A DNA stretch of 32,000 bases from positions 3,240,001 to 3,272,000 of the forward strand of contig NC_000962.3 in NCBI RefSeq assembly GCF_000195955.2, in the 5' to 3' direction. Of this stretch, positions 27,737 to 32,000 are shown piece by piece. Position numbers and translations under genes: made by a program. The notes beneath the pieces were generated by a model. The model ran no database searches, had not been told where the DNA came from, and worked only from the letters and a program-made list of their open reading frames with translations. This DNA is from Mycobacterium tuberculosis H37Rv (GTDB taxonomy: Bacteria > Actinomycetota > Actinomycetes > Mycobacteriales > Mycobacteriaceae). The stretch's first letter is position 1. The number at the start of each line of letters is the position of its first letter.

Positions 27737-30700
27737 GTGAGCATCCCCGAGAACGCGATCGCGGTGGTCGGCATGGCCGGCCGATTTCCGGGCGCCAAGG
27801 ATGTTTCGGCGTTCTGGAGCAACCTTCGGCGCGGTAAGGAGTCGATCGTCACCCTGTCCGAACAGGAGCTGCGCGACGCCGGCGTCAGCGACAAGACGCT
27901 GGCCGATCCGGCGTATGTGCGTCGCGCCCCGCTTCTTGACGGGATCGACGAGTTCGACGCCGGCTTCTTCGGGTTCCCGCCGCTGGCCGCGCAGGTGCTG
28001 GATCCCCAACACCGGTTGTTCCTGCAGTGTGCATGGCATGCGCTCGAGGACGCGGGCGCTGACCCCGCACGGTTCGACGGCTCGATCGGCGTATACGGAA
28101 CCAGCTCCCCCAGCGGCTATCTGCTGCACAACCTGCTGTCGCATCGCGACCCGAACGCTGTGTTGGCCGAGGGACTCAACTTCGACCAGTTCAGCCTGTT
28201 CTTGCAGAATGACAAGGACTTTCTGGCAACCCGGATTTCGCACGCGTTCAACCTGCGCGGGCCGAGCATCGCGGTGCAAACCGCGTGTTCATCGTCGCTG
28301 GTAGCGGTGCATCTGGCCTGCCTGAGCCTGCTATCCGGCGAATGCGACATGGCGTTGGCCGGCGGGTCGTCGCTATGCATCCCGCACCGTGTCGGCTACT
28401 TCACCTCACCGGGATCGATGGTGTCGGCGGTGGGCCACTGTCGGCCCTTCGACGTGCGGGCCGACGGCACGGTCTTCGGCAGCGGTGTCGGGTTGGTGGT
28501 GCTCAAGCCGCTGGCGGCCGCCATCGACGCCGGAGACCGGATTCACGCCGTCATCCGCGGATCGGCGATCAACAACGACGGATCGGCGAAGATGGGGTAT
28601 GCGGCGCCCAACCCGGCCGCTCAAGCCGATGTCATCGCCGAAGCCCATGCGGTGTCCGGCATCGATTCGTCGACCGTGAGCTATGTCGAGTGCCACGGAA
28701 CCGGCACCCCGCTCGGTGATCCTATCGAAATCCAGGGCCTGCGAGCGGCGTTCGAGGTGTCGCAGACGAGCCGTTCGGCCCCTTGTGTTCTGGGGTCGGT
28801 CAAGTCGAACATCGGCCACCTGGAAGTTGCTGCCGGCATCGCGGGTCTGATCAAAACGATTCTGTGCCTAAAGAACAAGGCACTACCCGCGACGCTGCAC
28901 TACACCAGCCCGAACCCGGAACTGCGCTTGGACCAAAGTCCGTTCGTCGTGCAAAGCAAGTACGGCCCCTGGGAGTGCGACGGCGTTCGTCGTGCCGGGG
29001 TGAGTTCGTTCGGGGTCGGGGGTACCAACGCGCACGTCGTCTTGGAGGAGGCGCCAGCAGAAGCATCGGAGGTTTCAGCGCACGCCGAGCCGGCTGGCCC
29101 TCAGGTAATCCTGCTCTCGGCGCAAACGGCCGCGGCGCTCGGCGAGTCGCGGACCGCCCTGGCCGCGGCGCTAGAAACGCAAGACGGCCCGCGCCTGTCC
29201 GACGTGGCCTACACGCTCGCCCGGCGCCGCAAGCACAACGTCACGATGGCCGCCGTCGTGCACGACCGCGAGCACGCGGCCACCGTGCTGCGGGCGGCCG
29301 AGCACGACAACGTTTTCGTTGGCGAAGCCGCCCACGATGGGGAGCATGGCGATCGCGCCGACGCCGCACCCACGTCGGATCGCGTCGTTTTCCTGTTTCC
29401 CGGACAGGGCGCTCAGCACGTCGGAATGGCAAAAGGGCTCTATGACACCGAGCCGGTCTTCGCCCAACACTTCGACACCTGCGCCGCCGGATTCCGCGAC
29501 GAGACAGGCATCGACTTGCATGCCGAAGTGTTCGACGGGACCGCAACAGATCTTGAGCGCATTGACCGTTCGCAACCGGCATTGTTCACGGTGGAATACG
29601 CGCTCGCGAAGTTGGTCGACACTTTCGGCGTGCGCGCCGGGGCGTACATCGGATACAGCACCGGCGAATACATCGCGGCCACCCTGGCCGGCGTATTCGA
29701 CCTGCAGACAGCGATCAAAACGGTGTCGCTGCGCGCCCGCCTTATGCATGAGTCGCCGCCCGGTGCCATGGTCGCGGTGGCTCTTGGCCCCGATGACGTC
29801 ACGCAGTACCTGCCACCGGAGGTCGAGCTGTCCGCGGTAAACGATCCTGGTAACTGTGTGGTCGCCGGGCCCAAAGACCAGATCCGTGCACTGCGCCAAC
29901 GTCTTACCGAGGCAGGGATTCCCGTTCGCCGCGTCCGGGCAACCCACGCGTTCCATACCAGCGCGATGGATCCCATGCTGGGCCAATTCCAAGAATTCCT
30001 GTCCCGTCAACAGCTACGTCCTCCGCGCACACCGCTGCTGAGCAACCTCACCGGTAGCTGGATGTCCGACCAGCAAGTAGTCGATCCGGCCAGCTGGACG
30101 CGTCAAATCAGCTCCCCCATCAGGTTCGCCGACGAGCTGGACGTGGTGCTGGCAGCTCCAAGTCGAATCCTGGTCGAGGTTGGTCCGGGCGGCAGCCTGA
30201 CCGGTTCGGCTATGCGCCACCCGAAGTGGTCGACCACGCACCGCACCGTTCGGCTTATGCGCCACCCACTGCAAGACGTCGACGACCGCGACACTTTTCT
30301 GCGCGCGCTGGGCGAACTCTGGTCTGCCGGAGTCGAGGTCGACTGGACGCCGCGGCGTCCGGCGGTGCCGCACCTCGTTTCCCTGCCGGGTTATCCATTT
30401 GCCCGTCAACGGCATTGGGTCGAACCTAACCACACGGTTTGGGCGCAGGCTCCCGGCGCAAACAACGGCTCACCGGCCGGCACTGCGGATGGTTCCACGG
30501 CCGCCACCGTCGATGCAGCCCGCAACGGAGAGTCGCAGACCGAGGTTACGCTGCAACGCATCTGGTCACAGTGCCTCGGCGTCAGCTCGGTCGATCGGAA
30601 CGCCAATTTCTTCGACCTCGGCGGCGATTCTTTGATGGCGATCAGCATCGCGATGGCCGCCGCCAACGAGGGTCTGACCATCACGCCGCAGGATCTCTAC

Positions 30701-32000
30701 GAATACCCGACCCTGGCCTCGCTGACGGCCGCCGTCGACGCGTCGTTCGCGTCCAGCGGGTTGGCGAAGCCCCCGGAGGCACAAGCGAACCCGGCGGTTC
30801 CACCCAACGTCACGTACTTCCTCGACCGCGGATTGCGCGACACCGGCCGCTGTCGTGTCCCGCTGATCCTGCGCCTGGATCCCAAGATCGGGCTACCGGA
30901 TATTCGAGCGGTGCTGACCGCAGTGGTCAACCACCACGACGCATTGCGCCTGCACCTGGTCGGCAACGATGGGATATGGGAGCAGCACATCGCGGCACCC
31001 GCAGAATTCACCGGGCTTTCCAACCGGTCGGTGCCCAACGGCGTGGCTGCAGGCAGCCCCGAGGAACGGGCCGCGGTCTTGGGCATCCTGGCCGAACTCC
31101 TTGAGGATCAAACGGATCCGAACGCGCCGCTGGCTGCCGTTCATATCGCCGCCGCGCACGGCGGTCCGCACTATCTGTGCCTTGCCATACATGCGATGGT
31201 CACCGACGACTCATCGCGCCAGATCCTGGCGACCGACATCGTCACCGCGTTTGGACAACGGCTGGCAGGCGAGGAGATCACGCTGGAACCGGTCAGCACG
31301 GGGTGGCGGGAATGGTCACTGCGTTGCGCGGCCCTCGCGACGCATCCGGCGGCGCTGGACACTCGCTCGTACTGGATCGAGAATTCGACCAAGGCGACTT
31401 TGTGGCTGGCCGATGCCCTTCCCAACGCGCATACCGCCCATCCGCCCCGCGCCGACGAGCTCACCAAGTTGTCGAGCACGCTAAGCGTCGAGCAGACATC
31501 CGAGCTGGACGACGGCCGGCGCAGGTTCCGCCGGTCGATTCAGACGATCCTGCTGGCCGCCCTCGGCCGCACAATAGCTCAGACGGTAGGTGAGGGTGTG
31601 GTCGCCGTGGAGCTCGAAGGCGAGGGCCGCTCGGTGCTGCGGCCGGATGTCGACCTGCGCAGAACGGTCGGCTGGTTCACGACGTACTACCCGGTACCGC
31701 TGGCATGCGCAACAGGGCTGGGCGCGCTTGCGCAGCTGGACGCGGTGCACAACACTCTTAAGTCCGTTCCGCACTACGGAATTGGATACGGGCTGCTGCG
31801 CTACGTTTACGCCCCGACCGGACGTGTCCTGGGCGCTCAGCGCACACCCGACATTCACTTCCGGTATGCGGGCGTGATCCCCGAGCTACCGTCCGGCGAT
31901 GCTCCAGTACAGTTCGACTCGGACATGACGCTTCCGGTGCGCGAACCGATCCCAGGGATGGGCCACGCCATCGAACTTCGGGTGTATCGGTTTGGTGGCT
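27737..32000 (+). CDS. ppsE: Phthiocerol synthase type I PKS module 5 (KS-AT-ACP-condensation-like), 3' end beyond the window
   Basis: GTG at 27737 with AGGGAGG at 27721-27727. Translation VSIPENAIAVVGMAGRFPGAKDVSAFWSNLRRGKES... shows [16 protein letters not shown] and ECHGTGT, AT GYSTGEYIAATLAG, ACP FFDLGGDSLMAISI, and a C-terminal condensation-like domain. Reads open to position 32000. Missing from the ORF track because no stop is in the window. Confidence 0.96.
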   Translation, partial: MSIPENAIAVVGMAGRFPGAKDVSAFWSNLRRGKESIVTLSEQELRDAGVSDKTLADPAYVRRAPLLDGIDEFDAGFFGFPPLAAQVLDPQHRLFLQCAWHALEDAGADPARFDGSIGVYGTSSPSGYLLHNLLSHRDPNAVLAEGLNFDQFSLFLQNDKDFLATRISHAFNLRGPSIAVQTACSSSLVAVHLACLSLLSGECDMALAGGSSLCIPHRVGYFTSPGSMVSAVGHCRPFDVRADGTVFGSGVGLVVLKPLAAAIDAGDRIHAVIRGSAINNDGSAKMGYAAPNPAAQADVIAEAHAVSGIDSSTVSYVECHGTGTPLGDPIEIQGLRAAFEVSQTSRSAPCVLGSVKSNIGHLEVAAGIAGLIKTILCLKNKALPATLHYTSPNPELRLDQSPFVVQSKYGPWECDGVRRAGVSSFGVGGTNAHVVLEEAPAEASEVSAHAEPAGPQVILLSAQTAAALGESRTALAAALETQDGPRLSDVAYTLARRRKHNVTMAAVVHDREHAATVLRAAEHDNVFVGEAAHDGEHGDRADAAPTSDRVVFLFPGQGAQHVGMAKGLYDTEPVFAQHFDTCAAGFRDETGIDLHAEVFDGTATDLERIDRSQPALFTVEYALAKLVDTFGVRAGAYIGYSTGEYIAATLAGVFDLQTAIKTVSLRARLMHESPPGAMVAVALGPDDVTQYLPPEVELSAVNDPGNCVVAGPKDQIRALRQRLTEAGIPVRRVRATHAFHTSAMDPMLGQFQEFLSRQQLRPPRTPLLSNLTGSWMSDQQVVDPASWTRQISSPIRFADELDVVLAAPSRILVEVGPGGSLTGSAMRHPKWSTTHRTVRLMRHPLQDVDDRDTFLRALGELWSAGVEVDWTPRRPAVPHLVSLPGYPFARQRHWVEPNHTVWAQAPGANNGSPAGTADGSTAATVDAARNGESQTEVTLQRIWSQCLGVSSVDRNANFFDLGGDSLMAISIAMAAANEGLTITPQDLYEYPTLASLTAAVDASFASSGLAKPPEAQANPAVPPNVTYFLDRGLRDTGRCRVPLILRLDPKIGLPDIRAVLTAVVNHHDALRLHLVGNDGIWEQHIAAPAEFTGLSNRSVPNGVAAGSPEERAAVLGILAELLEDQTDPNAPLAAVHIAAAHGGPHYLCLAIHAMVTDDSSRQILATDIVTAFGQRLAGEEITLEPVSTGWREWSLRCAALATHPAALDTRSYWIENSTKATLWLADALPNAHTAHPPRADELTKLSSTLSVEQTSELDDGRRRFRRSIQTILLAALGRTIAQTVGEGVVAVELEGEGRSVLRPDVDLRRTVGWFTTYYPVPLACATGLGALAQLDAVHNTLKSVPHYGIGYGLLRYVYAPTGRVLGAQRTPDIHFRYAGVIPELPSGDAPVQFDSDMTLPVREPIPGMGHAIELRVYRFGG
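30800..32000 (+). other. C-terminal condensation/acyltransferase-like domain of PpsE (truncated, approximate start)
   Basis: NHHDALRLHLV..., LCLAIHAMVTDDSSRQIL aligned to the C-domain core LVIHHxxxDGVSWRIL, VGWFTTYYPV, and LLRYV...FRYAG near the end, typical of C-domain family proteins. Confidence 0.85.

Noticed and set aside
27801-28304. 167-aa plus-strand ORF in the ppsE region
   Set aside because: Out of frame with ppsE (frame starting at 27737), which carries the KS motifs. It appears in the track only because true ppsE lacks an in-window stop.

Overview
The window matches the well-known phthiocerol dimycocerosate (PDIM) / phenolglycolipid locus of the Mycobacterium tuberculosis complex. 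The CDS lengths agree with what I recall for H37Rv Rv2925c to Rv2935. Minus strand, left edge: rnc (truncated), a YceD/DUF177 protein (Rv2926c-like) and a DivIVA-like coiled-coil septation factor (Rv2927c/sepIVA-like). Plus strand: tesA, a weak small ORF (Rv2929-like), fadD26, then the giant modular type I PKS genes ppsA, ppsB, ppsC, ppsD and the 5' ~95% of ppsE. ppsE runs off the right edge and is missing from the ORF track because it has no stop in the window. I see no RNA gene, CRISPR array, IS element or phage signature. I do not think there is an undescribed system here. The second-look items are catalytic-motif deviations in the PKS domains (PpsE condensation domain His to Ala, PpsE AT HAFH malonyl-type signature, unannotated DH-like fold in PpsA, KR Asn to Ser in PpsB and PpsD), near-identical AT blocks shared by ppsA and ppsB, C7 homopolymers in post-AT linkers, start-codon corrections, and the likely island insertion junction next to tesA. 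Domain borders are approximate and read by eye.
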